Below are positions 12,667 to 27,600 of a stretch of 64,000 nucleotides of DNA, in pieces; within the stretch, counting starts at the first letter, position 1; every line of letters starts with the position of its first letter. The stretch lies in assembly GCA_051362555.1 (NCBI GenBank), contig CM120640.1:20212001-20276000 (forward strand), written 5' to 3'. Below the pieces are notes generated by a model. It did no database searches. It was given only the letters and a program-made list of their open reading frames with translations, and had not been told where the DNA came from. Both the position numbers and the translations under genes were made by a program. This stretch comes from Lingula anatina. Lineage: Eukaryota; Animalia; Brachiopoda.

Positions 12667-14703
12667 TCACATAATGCTGATACTGTTTCTGCCTTCCTCA
12701 GTATAAAAGTAATCAGACTCTCTCTTATCAGTTAAGTCTGACAACTCAACATACACATCATCTTCTTTGTCAATTAATCTATGTATTCTTTGTTTTCTAC
12801 CCAATGTTTTCCACACAGTTTTAGTTTTAGATTTCCTTGGATTAACAGCCTGAAAAGAGGAAACACGGGTTGATATTGCATGTACTACTAATATTTTTTA
12901 AGTCCCAAAAAGTTTTGAATTTTACAAGCAAAAAATGTGTGTGTATATATATATATACCTTAATTGGCAAAATTAAAAGTTCACAGCAAATTTGTCACAA
13001 ACTAAAAGTTTGTGGAAAGGAGTTTGCAGAAAAAAATTGCACTGCTGCTAATTTGTTGCAAATTTGCAAGTACATAAAATTCCTTTTGCAAATTTGTGAA
13101 CAGTTTGTAGCAGGTCTGATATTTTGCTAAGGGACGTCATACATGTCTTTTCCTTTGCGAGAGAACGAGAAAGAGAGAGTGTGTGAGTTACCTCTTCGTA
13201 AATGCATTCCCCTGTGCTAAGTGTTATTGAATATTTGTGAAAAGGACATACTATGCAACTTCTTCCACCAAGCTCCTTATGAAACAGACAAAAATATAAA
13301 TATGTTATAACACCAAATACAACAAAAGAAGAAAAGCAGGGTCAACCATTTTTTTAAACTGCTATTGCTTTTAAGCTCTTTGAATACTCTGAATTTTGCA
13401 TTAACATATGCAACATGAAAATTGATGCTTAATCTGATAAGCATCAACAAAACTCCAAGCACAGTAGACCATACCAGGATTTTAATCACAATATTTAAGA
13501 AATTATTCTTTCAAAAAATGTAAGTACCTCTATATCACCTTCAAACAGTGAGCCCCCTTGGTCTGAAGTGGAAAAAAAAAACATTCAAGAACACATATAC
13601 AACAACATTTCCACTGAATATGTATAACATTTCAATTTAACAGAAAAAGTATACATGTATGTGTCTAAACAAGAGATAAAAAGTGTAACCATTACTTATG
13701 AATTACTTTACATGGTTGAAAGTTGTAAATAATGAAAATCATGAAAAAGTAGCTTGCAGTTTCTTATCACATTTAGAACACATAAAAAAACTATCAAAAT
13801 GAAGACTGAAAAGATTCCTGATATCAGGTTTAATCCTGAAAACTTTTTCTCATGCTTATGCTAAATACTAATGAAATGTGCTAGTATTTCTAACAAAAAC
13901 ATGTTAACTGCAGTATGTAGACAATTAATTGCAATGTTAAACCCTGGGGGGTTAATTCACCTTAAAGATAAAATGTAAAACTAAGAAAAAATTTCATAAC
14001 AGAAAAATTGTTGACATAATGTGGATTAATCTGCATAAATTAGGTGATCACATCTAATCCTTTAAAGCTTTATAAGATAAAATTCAAAGAAATTAAAACA
14101 GAAAAACATACGGTAACATAAAGCATCAATAGCATGAAGTTTGCCTTTGGTAGAATACACAATGATAATTTCTCTATCATTAACTGTTATCTTCGTTTTC
14201 TTTGCCTTCACCAAATCTTCCCTTTTTCCAACAAATACTGGTTCCTACAAAGTATTAAATGAAAATTTGTTAAGCATTAAATTAAAAATAAAGAAAATGG
14301 GCATACCCACACAATTATTAAAATGCGATCTATAACTATATAGTATGTGAAAGCTATACAGAAATAATAAAACATAAAGCAGATAGTCTCAGCTAGCAGT
14401 CGGACAGTTGATTGTGTTTCATGGCAGGTTCCCTCAATACATGATTCTATGCAGCTGTTTATTGACCTTGGAAGGTGAGTTACTAATTTTAGCAGTCTCT
14501 GTCACCGCAACTTCACTATTTACTGTACCTCGGACTGCGTGAACTGCTCTTTCTCTGCAACATTCCAACTCTAAATGTTGTAGATGTACAACAAATGCAG
14601 CCTTTGGCCTAGGTCTCAATAGTGTTGCTTTCACCAGCGGCTAAGTTGCATAGTATTTGTTCATTCTTACCTGCATTGGTGGTGCAGACGGACTTTCAGC
14701 CAT
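12667..14703 (-). CDS. RFESD: Rieske [2Fe-2S] domain-containing protein (about 155 aa)
   Basis: Not in the ORF track. Exons 14703-14671, 14244-14112, 13562-13528, 13275-13192, 12849-12667 give [83 protein letters not shown]..SDYF. Rieske CxH and CPxH ligand motifs, colinear with vertebrate RFESD as recalled. Confidence 0.92.
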
Positions 14704-15107
14704 AATTGTTCATTTTACATTCAATTACGAATATGCATATAGTTTCGTACTTCAAAATTTCTTTCTTTTACTAATATAATCTTAAACTGATCAAATTCAT
14801 ATATTAAAAAGTATGCAAAAACTTTTGAATGTGTGTATATTTATATATCTGTCTTATTTGCTTTGTTAAAAGTTTAACTAAAGATACGAATTTAAGCAAA
14901 TTGTTCATTCGTACAAATGCACAGGGAGTGGGGGTAGGGCTACTGTTGTCAGGACGTCCATCAAGTTAGACTCAATTCGATGTTTTTTATGACATTTTTT
15001 AGTAATATAAGTTAATAACATTTTCGACTTATAAGTAATTTGGGGAAAAAATCCGATCTGTATTAACTATTTCTTCGTCCCTGTGTGTATTTTGTTCCAG
15101 AAAAAAC

Positions 15108-18100
15108 ATGGCGGACATCAATACAGGTGAGCGCGAATTACCAAGAAAAAAGGAAATGCCTGAAAAATGTAGTCTGTTTAACTTGACTTGTTTGAGCTTT
15201 AGTAACTTGAGCGTTAACGGGAATGCTGCAAATATGTAAAATAAATTATAAGAATTTACATTACCGTAGCTCTGTCATTAAATCCTGTTGTAGAATGATT
15301 GTTTTTCACATTGGTCATCACTCAGCAATGCATCAAATCGGCTAGTATTTATTTGTTTTCTTCTTATTTGAAGAAAACAAGTCGCCAGGCAAACGCCATG
15401 TTTTTGGACAGGGAATGTCAGAAAGGGTAGCACAGGGATCTGAAAATAGTCAGGGTTTGTGGAATTATTTCTAAATCCTACATCAGATGTGTATTGTATT
15501 TCATTATGTGAATAAAAATGTCATCTTAGTAATATATAATATATGGGCATTTCGGGTTTAGGACTAATAAGTATGATGTTCCAAGTACTAGAAAATTGTT
15601 GTGAATGACAGTAATAACTTTTAATTTCATTTTCCATCAAAACTAATTATACAGTTTCTTTTAAAAACTTGTTTCACTTATTCATCTTTACAGAAAATTT
15701 GCCAAGTCAGGGTTTTCTGTTTGGCCAAGGAATGTCACAAAGAGTAACAAAGGTACAGTGACCTTTTCTAAGAGAAAATGTTCATTTGTAAGGTGTGCAT
15801 GTGTGTAAGTGTGTGTGTATGTGTGTGTGAGTGTGTGTGTAAATATTTCATTCCCCATGTTTTGTAACATTCTATCAAGATGTTTTTCATTTTTTTAATA
15901 TATAGAATTAAAGGAAATGATTAAATTTTGTTGTACAATGTTATGATAGATAATACATACTCATACTTGTAATAGAATCTTTTTCTGTGTTCAGGCTGCA
16001 ACAGAAACAAAAGATGAAACGACCTCAGAAAAGAAAGAGACAGTGCACCATGCAGCCCCTAGCAGTTCTGGTTCAGGCTCTCAGCTGTTTTCTTCACAGT
16101 TGCCTTCTTCACCTGAAACTGGCACAACACGTCATCCTCTCTCTGCCACTTGTGGAAGCTTTGCCTCATCTGGTGCTACATCTGGGTTTACATCTTCCTC
16201 TGCAGCAACATCTGGTGTTGCTCGTCCATTCGGAGGGTTCAGACCTGTCACTGCTCCAATGACTGGAAGCACTGGTAAGTTGTATCAAATGGCATATTTT
16301 TCTCTTCATTTTTAGATCCTCATTGCTAAATGTCCATTTTCATTTTATTGTGACAATTTTTTCTGAATTTCAACTTTGTCTCTTTCTTTAAAATCAGCTT
16401 TTTTAGTCATCATTCTTTTAGTTATCTACAGGAGATAATGACTATTGTAACAACTATGTGATAAAAGTGCATTTATGCCTTTGGACTGTCCTGTTACAGT
16501 ACAGGAGTAGAAATTCATAATTTTCACCAGCCCACTGACCATTTAATATAAGTTTTCATTTTTTTTTTGCCCAGTATGTATGCTATATGCGGTCTCAGCA
16601 GAATTGAACATTATGCAGATCTCCCCTTTGCTCATCGTAGGTTTCAACATTCATTTGATCCCAACCATTTTCATGAATTATTTCTGGAAATATATTACTG
16701 ATCCCCTGGTTAGCAGGCCAGTATGAATTTCTAAGCCTACAGAACACATAATGATAATAATAAAAATGCCATTGAAGCCTTTGTTTCTTGCTCTGCTCAC
16801 TCACTATATAGTTGGGCAGCATGGAGGCAGTCACTCCCCATACACTGCCTCAGAAGCTCCCTATGGGTCACATATGCCAAGAACATTTACAGGAGTGCCA
16901 GGAGGTATAGTTTATAACTGGACTTCTGCTTCTTGCTTCTTCACCACATGCTGAAATGCATCAGTTTTTAACCTTACCTTTATCAATTATCATGTCAATT
17001 TAGTTGGTTATACCCAGTGTCACATGATTTTTGGTTTCTGCCTACTACAAAGGGAATTTTCAATCATCAATGTTTCCCTCATTATTTTCTTTCTCCAGTA
17101 TTGTAATTTACCCAGTTGCATGCCTCCTAGCCATTTTCTCATGATTTCTGTTTTCCATGTTTTGGTGACATTTAAAAAGTACTAGTAAGCATTGGCAAGA
17201 TTTCATTGACAAATTGACATTATTTGGTGTGGCAGATTTGTTCATTTAAGCTATCTACATGTATCTCCAGCTATCTATTTACATGCTTGTATGTATATGT
17301 TATGAAACTGCTTAAATTATGTGGCACAATTGGCAAATGTGCATTTCTCTCCCTGTCATTTTTTGCTAGACATTTTTTGCACTGAAAATATATTTCAGAA
17401 GTTACAAGCATGAAGTCATGAGCCCTCCCCCTCCCCCCCAATATCTTTTTTAATTAAGTGTCTTCTTTTTTTCCACAATTCCACTAAAATCTAGGTATGC
17501 CTAGGTGGTTGAGAGTGCCTACTTCCCCTTGCCCACTTTAGATTTTTTCTTTTTTTGGCCAAGGGTGAATCATTGCCTGCATATGAGCATAAATTATTTA
17601 ATCTGTGGCAGCACTATTCTGAATGCCATTGGATACTATCCTGGCTTGTTATTACTGCTTGTGTAGCATGGTTATCTAACTTTCTTTTTGCCAAATACTG
17701 TGCAGAAAGCTGAAATTGAAAGGTGCAAAATGTGCACTAACGGCATAAGTCGCAGCTGTTAGCAGAATTGTCGTTGGAAGTGGGGCTGTGTGAAACATTT
17801 TTAATCTAAAATAAAAAAATGGGTGTATGTTATAGCACTGAACATTGTAAACTTTGTAAGGAGTGGGGATGGTATTGAATGCTGTTAGCACACTGTGAGT
17901 GAGGGCGGGTGTATTTTACTGAACTCTGTTAACACGCTAATATGATAAGAGATGGTGAAGATCAGTTGGATTGTGTTCAAGGTCATGTTACATGCCAAAA
18001 CTGTTCACATATAATATCACTTTTCTTAAACAAGCATCACTTGTGTTTTTATTGGTACTTTTTCATGATCATGGTATTTTGCCTTCAGCTTCTTTATTAG

Positions 18101-21100
18101 CATGTGATTGCCACAGGCCAGATGTGTTTATTTTGGGTGCATAATGTCTCCTTTCTCAGCAAAAATTTATAACACGTCCTATCAACCAACTAACTAACCA
18201 ATTAACTAACTTTTGTATCTATTTTTAAGACCTCAGACATCAAATTGTGATTAGTATTACAAAAGCAGTATAACTTAACTTTCAGTTAATGATTCTTGTA
18301 CGTATATTTCTGTTATTATTTGCCTTAGCTTTCTATTGAGAGAACAGCTGCATAATTATATGTAGGCGTTACTTGCTTACTTGCACTTAAAGTAGAGCTA
18401 CATGTATGAAGATTAAGTGTTAAGTCATGTCTGCACGTTCAAGACCATGAGGTTGTTCTTTATGTGTCATTTTGTCAGTCTTATATTCTGGGTCTCTCAA
18501 GCATGGTTTTGTTATATTAGCACAAATAACAGGGTTTCTACTGGATTTGAACTTGAAGATTATTTAGGTTACAATCTGAAATTATTTGGGTATTGCTTAG
18601 TTATTTTGAGGCACTGTACAAGAAAGTAGAGGTCATTTACATAAATGTGTCTGAATAAGCTTAGTGAAAATTTTTTAAAGCAATCTTAATGAACATGTCA
18701 ATGGCATGGAAATGAAACGAAAGTGAAATACTTAAAATTTCTTTCCCCCAAAAGGGTTAAATTGAAAAAAATATTGCATGCTATTAAGAGCCGAGCAATT
18801 ATCTTTACGACATAAGACCTTATTGTCTTATGTGAAATTTTGTATCAATGATAAATGCTCATTAGAAATACATTTTTGTTCTCAGGGGTCTTGGCTCCTA
18901 GTAAATTTGCACCTAACCCTTTTGCATCAAGGCCTGCAGAGTCAGGAGTGTCCTCTACATCTGCACAGTCATCAGACTCAGAGTCAGGTAAAGTATTATT
19001 AAATGAAAAGGAATTTTTGGGTTAATGAGGTTATTTATTTACATGTATATAGTTCATTTCTTTCATCAAATATCCCCGTTCAAGTTTAAGATATGATTGT
19101 ACATTACACAACTTCAGAACATTTAAAATTTGAAATAAAAAAATGTCAATTTATTGATTCTTATTATTAAATTATTTTTTTTCGAATTAAAATTTCATAT
19201 CTTTAAAAAAAGGCAAATGAGTTAACCTTCTCCTGCATTAATATTTCAGAGGAAAGAAAAGAGAGGCCTATAATTGCACCTGCCCACCTAAGAGTTTCCC
19301 CTCTTGTGAGGCGGTCTAGTAAGTTTGATTTTTATCTTCATCATGTTGAAGAAAATGTTTTTTAGAGTGTCAGATTGTGTAGGAAAACAAACAAATATTT
19401 TCACCTATGCAACTGTGAGTAAACAAGGAGGTACATTACTTCTTGGTGTGAGTAAGTGCGTATTTATGAAAGGTCAACATGTGAAGATGTGAATTGTATG
19501 CACAAAACATGCTGTAGTCGAAAGAAAGTTTTAACAATATTTTACTCTATTTGCAGAAATCTTTTCTAGGGTTTTAATTATAGTTATGACATATAGAAAG
19601 ATTTTCCTTGAAATCACGTAATTTGGAGATTTTAATTTAATTCTGATGATGGCCCTGGATCCCCAGCTGATTAAGTGTTTGGCCCTAAGATAAATGCTCA
19701 GAGATTTTTTAACCCAGGTGTTTGTTTGGAGACTTAATGGATTAATATTGAACAAATGTGGGATTGGTTTTGTTTTGATTCGGATTGGTTTTGTTTTGAT
19801 TCAGCATGTTTCTTGATTGATTTTAGATTCATCTTCAAATGAAGCCAATTCATCATTTGCTGTCAGAAACATTCTCCGACCTTCTACTTTAAGTGCACAG
19901 ACAGCAGAATTAGGGAAAGGATTAAAATCAGGTAATACTCTTTGTGTCATCTCACACTATCAAGAGATAAAATTCAGAAATCCAAGCGAGGTGTGCCCTG
20001 CCATCAGTCTATGTCTTGTTTATTTTATGGCTTTTATTAAAAATGAAACTTGACATTTGCTAAATCTGCAGGTTTATTGCATGATATTGTTCAAGACTCA
20101 TTATTTACCATATTTTCAAAAATATCCAGACAATATTTTTACAGTAGTTGTAAATAAGAACAATGCATTATTTTACTTGTTCTAGTACAGAATGTATAGG
20201 TTTTGACTTTTTTCATTTATAAGATGAAGAATCTGAACCGTGTTCAAGTTCAGCAGATGGGGAGAAAACGAAACCGCTGTCACTTTTATCACATCAGTCA
20301 GAGGATGGACAAAAAGGAAGCGTGTTTGCATGTGTTGTCACAAAGCCAAGGTGAGTCAAAAAGAGACTAATAGGACACTAAATAACTGATATTTTAATAG
20401 TGGTTCTGTTTATATACCCTAATTGTCATTTGTTGTGAACTTTGTTATCTAAGTAAAGAATCAGTAAGTAAGTAGATAATCAGTCAATTTTTTGGAACAC
20501 ACCAAATCTTTCACTAAAATTATTTTGTTAATATTTTTTTTGTTAAATGGTTTGTTATAATGTTTCTTTGAAGAAACAATTTATGCAAGTCAGTGTTTTA
20601 ATAATTGGAAGTTTGTATTTGATTTTTCAGTTCTACGGAAACTGAAGGCCAAAAATTTGTTTTTGGTCAAAAAATGGATGAAAGAGTGGTTGTAAGTACT
20701 TCTCATGTAAATTTGTAGTCAGACACAATTTCAGTTATATTAAGTACCTTGATTTCTTTTACATATAATTTATATTTGAATATTGTATAATTTTGATAAA
20801 TCTGAAATGTGCATGCAATATTTATGATTTATTTCAGAATGCTCCACTCTCTCCTGCTGCAGAGCCAAGTGAAAACACATTTGAAGAAAAAGCCAAATCT
20901 GAAGGTAGGAGTGTCACCTTGTCAACCAGTTAGTAATACATAAGAGAATTCATTTTGAATTTTTATTAGATTGATTAAAGCAGTGTATGGGTATGATGGA
21001 GCAAAGAGAAAGTTGATTATTAAAATGTCTTGTCTATGTAAAGGCATAGCAGCAGAGGCAGAAACTATTCAAATTACATCTTAATTAGGGTTCATCATAG

Positions 21101-23418
21101 AAAACGCAAATTGAACGTAAATTTTTGTTCATCTTAGAAAACACAACTCCTACCAAGACTCTGGAGGAATCTGCCAATGAGTACCAGGCGAAACAAGCTA
21201 TTAAAGAATATAAAGAGGTGGAAGTTGTTACAGGAGAGGAGGAGGAATCCAATGTTTTTCATGTGAGTTGGCCGTGAATTATCATGTGAATTTGTGTATA
21301 AAGCACTTATCACTTTACATGTTCAGGATACAAGTTGTTTTAACAATTTAAACATTTTAGAATGTGCAGGATTAGTAAGAAATATCATGATAGCTGCTCT
21401 ATTTTATTTTATTTTAAAAATGTGGCAAATTTGAATTATGGACTGGTTTTACATCTTGTAGAGAAGCGCTTAAGTTTCAGTGAAATTATTAAATTGAAAA
21501 CTTAAACAATGTTGAATGTTCTTTAAAAATGTCAGAATCTGATTCAGTTTATTTTATTTTGATTAAAGTCACAGTGGTAATAAAAATATTAAGGCATGTT
21601 ATCCATTTTGCATATTTTATTTTCCAGAACTATTGTAAACTATTTGTATTTGACAAAAGCACACAGGCATGGGTAGAAAAAGGTCGAGGGCATTTACGTC
21701 TTAATGACTCTTTACCAGATGAAAATAGGAAATTCCACTCTAGACTAGGTAAAAAGAGGGTACTAAATTCAATAGGTTTCAAAGAATGTTGAAAAATAAT
21801 CTTTGTCAAACTACCAATGATCCAATAGAATCTTTAATTATCTACTAGATGAAAAGCACAAGTACTTTTTCATTTTAACCTTTTGCCTAGGTTTTATTCA
21901 TATATATAATCCAAGCAAGTTCAGGTTTCATAGAGTGTCATGTAATAAGACCTGTTAGGGTTAAAGTTACAGTTTGAGCTCAAGGGTATGATTATAGTTT
22001 AAATACTGAAAGGACATTCAAAATGTTGGCAGGATTTATGTCCATATAACTTCACCACAGTTAGTGTGTACATTGTCTTTTCAGTGATGAGAACAACTGG
22101 CAGTTTACGCGTGGTATTGAATTGTAAGATCTGGTCTGGGATGTCAGTGGATAGAGCCAGTCATAAGAGTGTTAGGATAACAGCTCTGGAAGAAGACGGA
22201 CTCAAAGTTTACTTAATAATGGTAGATATATGGCTTTCTTCCTTTTGTTGAAGACTGAATAAATATTTTAATATAATAAAATAAATAAATAAATATAAAT
22301 GAATAATTAATATTGATTGATATTGATATTGATATTGATTTTTTGCTTATTGTGATATGAAAGAAAAATCCACAGGAAAATGTGAAAGAAAGTTTCATCA
22401 TTCATTTTGACTTTTTAGGCCACTCCTAAAGATACAGAGCAGCTATTCAGGGCAATAGACTGGAGGGTACAGCAACTTAAAGTTGCCGAGGAGACAGAAG
22501 CCAAGACAGCAGAAACAGTGGCGTCAAACTCAGAAAATGGAGTAGGTAGTCATTCACACCACAGCAAGAGAAAAGTGGAAGACAATGAGACAGAAGCAAC
22601 AGGAGGTGTGGAAGTGCCTTCAAAAAAATCCAGGTATGCTTGGCATGGTGTATGGTTTTACAACCTTCTGAAATGAAACATTTTAGTTTTGTTGCAATTT
22701 TACATAAGCGATTTCTGTAATAGGCCCCTTAATTTATGCTAAGAGAATCATTTAGAGATATATATAAATGACAATTTTAAATATTTTTGGTCAGTGAAAT
22801 TCATTTGCAGTACCTCAGTGGTCAGTAAAATGTCTTTTAATGAAAAAAATGTTTACTTACAAACAAAGCCTGCAGATGAAGTTGTAATTGTGCAAGGTAT
22901 ATGTATGGACATCTTATTCTATATCATTTCAGACAGAGCAGCAGTCCTGAAGATTCTGACAGACCATTAGACTCGCAGGAAGAGTCCAACTGTGACAGTC
23001 TACTAGATGTTGACTCTGGTAAGAACCATTTTACTCAAAAACATTGCCTCTTGGATGGAATGATTTAGATTCAACACTGGGTTCTTGGGACAAAAGACAG
23101 GGCTTCTGTTGATGACCAAAACCTATCCTCGGCAGCTTTCGGCAGAACTGTGTTTTTGCGGCTTATCTTAGATTTAGTCTGTATTTTTGTTCATTTTTTT
23201 AACCATATTTACAAGGGGCAGGCAGTGGTGATATATATTAAGCATCAAAAGGAAGTAAAAAAGGACCCAGAGTGAAGTAAAAATAGTTTTATATAATTGA
23301 TGATTATGTTTTGTTTTACTTTAATGTTCTGTCCAGCTTGTAAATTGAATTTCATGTTTTTCTTTTGTTTACAGCATCAAATTCAAGTTACAGCCTTCAG
23401 TCCACGCCAGGACAGTAA
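15108..23418 (+). CDS. RANBP3: Ran-binding protein 3-like (FxFG motifs plus RanBD1 domain)
   Basis: Exons 15108-15126, 15694-15752, 15995-16274, 18886-18987, 19250-19318, 19827-19931, 20224-20350, 20631-20691, 20838-20904, 21138-21262, 21628-21748, 22085-22221, 22419-22633, 22933-23018, 23375-23418. Motifs: start MADINT, LRPSTL, FVFGQKMDERV, LEESA, VEVVTGEEEESNV, CKLFVFDKSTQAWVEKGRGHLRLND, SRLVMRTTGSLRVVLN.KIW. Confidence 0.92.
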
Positions 23419-24606
23419 ACCCTGTGGATATTGACTGATTTGTTACTGAGTTGGGAACTCACACTGTTTATTGCCATGCTACAAGAATCAGTTCCAGCCT
23501 GGAGAGCTATGCCATTTTATTACTTGGTAGTGAAATGGGAATCACAACCTAAAAACAGGCACCAGATACAGATGATCTGGTTTACTGTTGAAATTGGCTT
23601 TCTTCCAGTTGTTATTGAGCTAGAAACAGGCAAATTTCTTTCTGTTATCACTCTGTTAAAGAATAAGTCCAGGACTGGAAACCTGCATACATGCAGTATT
23701 ACTTGGTAGTATAACACAGTTCTGTCAATTACTGCTTGAATGGTGTAGTTCTGTGAGGATAGAATATCTCAGAAGCCAGTGACAATCACAACAATTCACA
23801 TTCTGCTAGAAGCAGTGCATCCACTAGCCAACACGGTGAAACTGGTGTTAGATGTATTGCAATGGTTAAACATCTTGCATTGGGATTAGTTAGTGAGCAA
23901 GCACAGCAGTTGACTTTGCTGCAAGCTTAGATAAAACACGTCCATCTTTGAATTGGTTTACAATTAGACTGTCTAAAAATCCGATGCTTCAAAAGTGAAA
24001 AGAGCACATGCTCCCTGCAATGATGAAATTCAGTTGTCAATGAGCAGAATCGACAGTATTTTTTATCAAACATATTTAGTTCTAAGCCTTTATCTACCAC
24101 CAGTGGTAGATGAACAGAAAATAATATTATTGTAATGCTGTTTGTGACAGCATGGGGAATAAAAATCGCTCTTTACAGTTAAAATAAAATAAAATGCAAA
24201 ATTTTGGACAAAAAAGAAGATGCTTTAGTTCTGTCACTTCTAAATTGCTTTGCACATTTTATTTCAGTAAACAACCAAAAATTAAAATTTCTTCATATGA
24301 CTTTGGGCATGCAGCCCCCCCCCCCCTCCCTAAAAAAAAATAAATAAAAATACAAGATCTTTGTAGTAAATATGAGTTGAACCCCTAAAAAGTTTAAACT
24401 CTAAAATTAATATAATGTGTCCATTCACAGGTAATGAATGGCTCTTTTCTTCCTGCAATTTACTGCATTTGTCTTAAAGTAGACCTGTTTTATATGAAAA
24501 TTTTTAAGTGTAGTGAATGGCCTCTATGGAAGCACCAAAAAGTATCTAAAGAAGGCAAAAGAAATGCCACGTAGACCCCACATTTCCCTGCAAGCCACTG
24601 TGGCAG

Positions 24607-27600
24607 TCAGTGTGTCATTATCTTGTTGTATTCTCTCTGATGTTCCAACATTTTCAAAAACACCTGATATTTCCTCTTGTGAAAATCTTGACTTTGTTCC
24701 TGAGGATACACAATTTTTCCAGCTCCACACATCTTTGCCATGGCATCCTACAATGTTACAATTTTATTACTGTACTATTGTTACAGTAGTAGCCCAGAGT
24801 TTAACAAGATGTAATTACATTTTGGCATTTGCAAAAAAATTAACATATTAGCTTAAAAAAGTGTTTTTCAGTCTTAAAATATTAACAAAAACTTTTAACC
24901 AGTATAATTTAATATAATTTATACTCTTTTTAAATAGAATACAGTATTTCATAATCTTTTAATAGAACTCGCGCAGTATATTATGTTAAAAGCTGTTTAC
25001 AGGTTGTGGCATTAATAAAAATTCAAGCTGATACATCTGAAAAATGAACACATTATCAACCATAAAGGACTGCCTGTGGGGCCATGTTTAAGCTCCAGCC
25101 TACCTGAATTGAGTTAAAGTCTCCAGATGCAAGTGCCCCCAGTACTGCTGAACCTAACAAGACTGACTCTGTTTGGTCTGGCAGCATTATTGGTATACCT
25201 GAATGAAATGTGAGAAAGAAAGAAAAATATTTTACAGCAATACAAAGCCATGTATCACATAATTCCACATACGTTTATATTTAGAGAAGTAATATAATAT
25301 CTGTATGAATCCCACACTGAAATTCTGGAACTGGAACCTGTGCACATTTCTAATAGCAGATCTATTCTGATCTTTTACTAATCAGACACAAAAGTGTTTT
25401 AAAAAGATGCCATTTTATCTGGCTATGTCTCCATAAAATTTATATTTTAGGAAGCTTTGTGTCCCTTCTTTATAGGTACTAATTCATTTCATAGTTCTAC
25501 ACTGTAAAAAAGGTAATGGTCAGTGAAAAAAGGGAGGGGGGGGATTCAGGGTGCATGCTCTCCAAAAGCTTCCATAAATCAAGAAGAGTAAGAAAATGAA
25601 GCTAGCCATGTGATCTCTCCCCCTCCAAGGGTCCCCTCTGACCCACAACAAATATCCAGCTTACCAGTGACATCTGCATGAGTTTGTACATATACCGAGT
25701 TCTTGGCCAACCCACCACACATAAACATCATCTCAACCTGGTGTCCTGCAGCCTTCAATGCTTCTAGAATGTGCTTTGTACCATACTGAAAGTAAAATGG
25801 GTAATACTTACTGTTTAAACTTAAGTTTTAAATTACACAGTATAATTTTCTAAACAATTTTGGATAGGGTATACACTGGTGATTAATAGATAATTGCTGA
25901 AATAACCAGAATCTTTTGCTATATTACATGTAAGATTAACATGATTGTATGCCTGTAATGTATTCTTTAGTCCTTTGTTACATTAAGTGAATTTGATAAC
26001 CATACAGATATCTACTGAAAGACTACTGAAAGCATGCATGTTACTTTCATGTTATACTTATTTTAATACAATTCAGAAAGCAATAAAACATTATCATTGA
26101 GAACATAACATGGATATCACATAATCTTAAAAAATATCATATAAATATCAATACTGATAATCAAAAGTCAAAATGATTTAAATTGGTCCTTACTGCTAAT
26201 GCCTGTATTGTTGCCAAATAATTGCATGCCAATTCCTCTACACCACAGGCTAATGTCAGTCCACTGATCTAATAAAAGAAAGAGTTTTAGTTTTGTAATA
26301 CCATCATGAAAAACACAAAAAGAAGATCCTGAAATATATTGTAGTTTGAAATTTACCTTATTGAATGATAGCTAGTGCTTAATCACACTGAATCACAAAG
26401 TACATCAGCCTCATCAGTTATTTTTAATATCAAACTTCTTTTTTATTGAATAGAAATGTAAAATTATGATTGAAAGGAACTGAACTTGTCAACTATTATC
26501 ATAACAAGTTGTTTAAACCATTTAAAATACACTTAACCATTCCCTTTAAGGTAGAATCTGCCAGGGGTGATCGGTTGCCATGGAAATCTGGCCACATGTG
26601 TAAGTCACGAGTCAACTCTGCACTATGACTTAAACCTTGCTTTTCTGCCATTGATTGAATCAGCTGATTCAAATAAACTGACAAATGAATACCCCTAAAA
26701 AACCCAAGGACATAATATGAACGGTCATATCAAAAGTTTGTTGACGAAACTTTTGTTAAGGTGTAAGGAAAAGCGGAAAAGAAATACAGACTTTCCTGTA
26801 TACATTGGTCTTTCCATCTTTCATGATTATGTGCTACAGTGCTTTTTAGAATTTGAGAAAAAGTCACATTTTTGTAAAAATTAATAAATTTTCCTACTCT
26901 TTCTCTGCTCTCTGAAGGGCTTCTGAATAGGCTGGGTGTGTTTCCACAATGTGGTCTATCTACAACAGAGATTTAATGTATGACAATTTCAAAATATATG
27001 AAAAGCACTTCTCGATAAAAGGTGACGTCATTATATTTAATTTGAGCCAAACATATTGTAACAAGATAAACTTACACATAACCCAATTCTTAAAGTTGCA
27101 TCCATTCCTACTTGACAAAGTATAATTTCTATGATTAATAAATGCAAAATACTTCTTTTGGTATAGACTACTATTTCCCCGTTTCCCCCAAGCAGTCTTT
27201 TTCTACTCATTCATCTGCCTTTCACTTTATTTTTTATCCAGATTATTGTGTAACAGCTAGATACATGTATGCCTCATTTGTGTGGTACCAGTTATAACTG
27301 ATATATTTTTACCAGCTTCCCACAAGCAGTTTGCCCAGCTTCATTTGTCCAAAACTCTGGCACCATGACGTTATAGAAAGGTCCCCAAACCCCTGGGACA
27401 AACACTGGGTCTTTGTTCATCTGGAGATCAATTATACATGATATACATGATTTCTCCTAAATATTTCACCATGTATATAAACAATGTAGAGTGTAAACAT
27501 ACAGACTGGCAAAATAAAACAGCAATATACAATCTCTGAGCCTCTGACAGTCCAGTCCCACATTACTACTGTTAAGAGCATTTTTAAAGAAAACTTATGT

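Noticed and set aside
23019-23374. Intronic C/D-box snoRNA in RANBP3
   Set aside because: A TGATGA is present, but no properly placed D box with a terminal stem could be identified.
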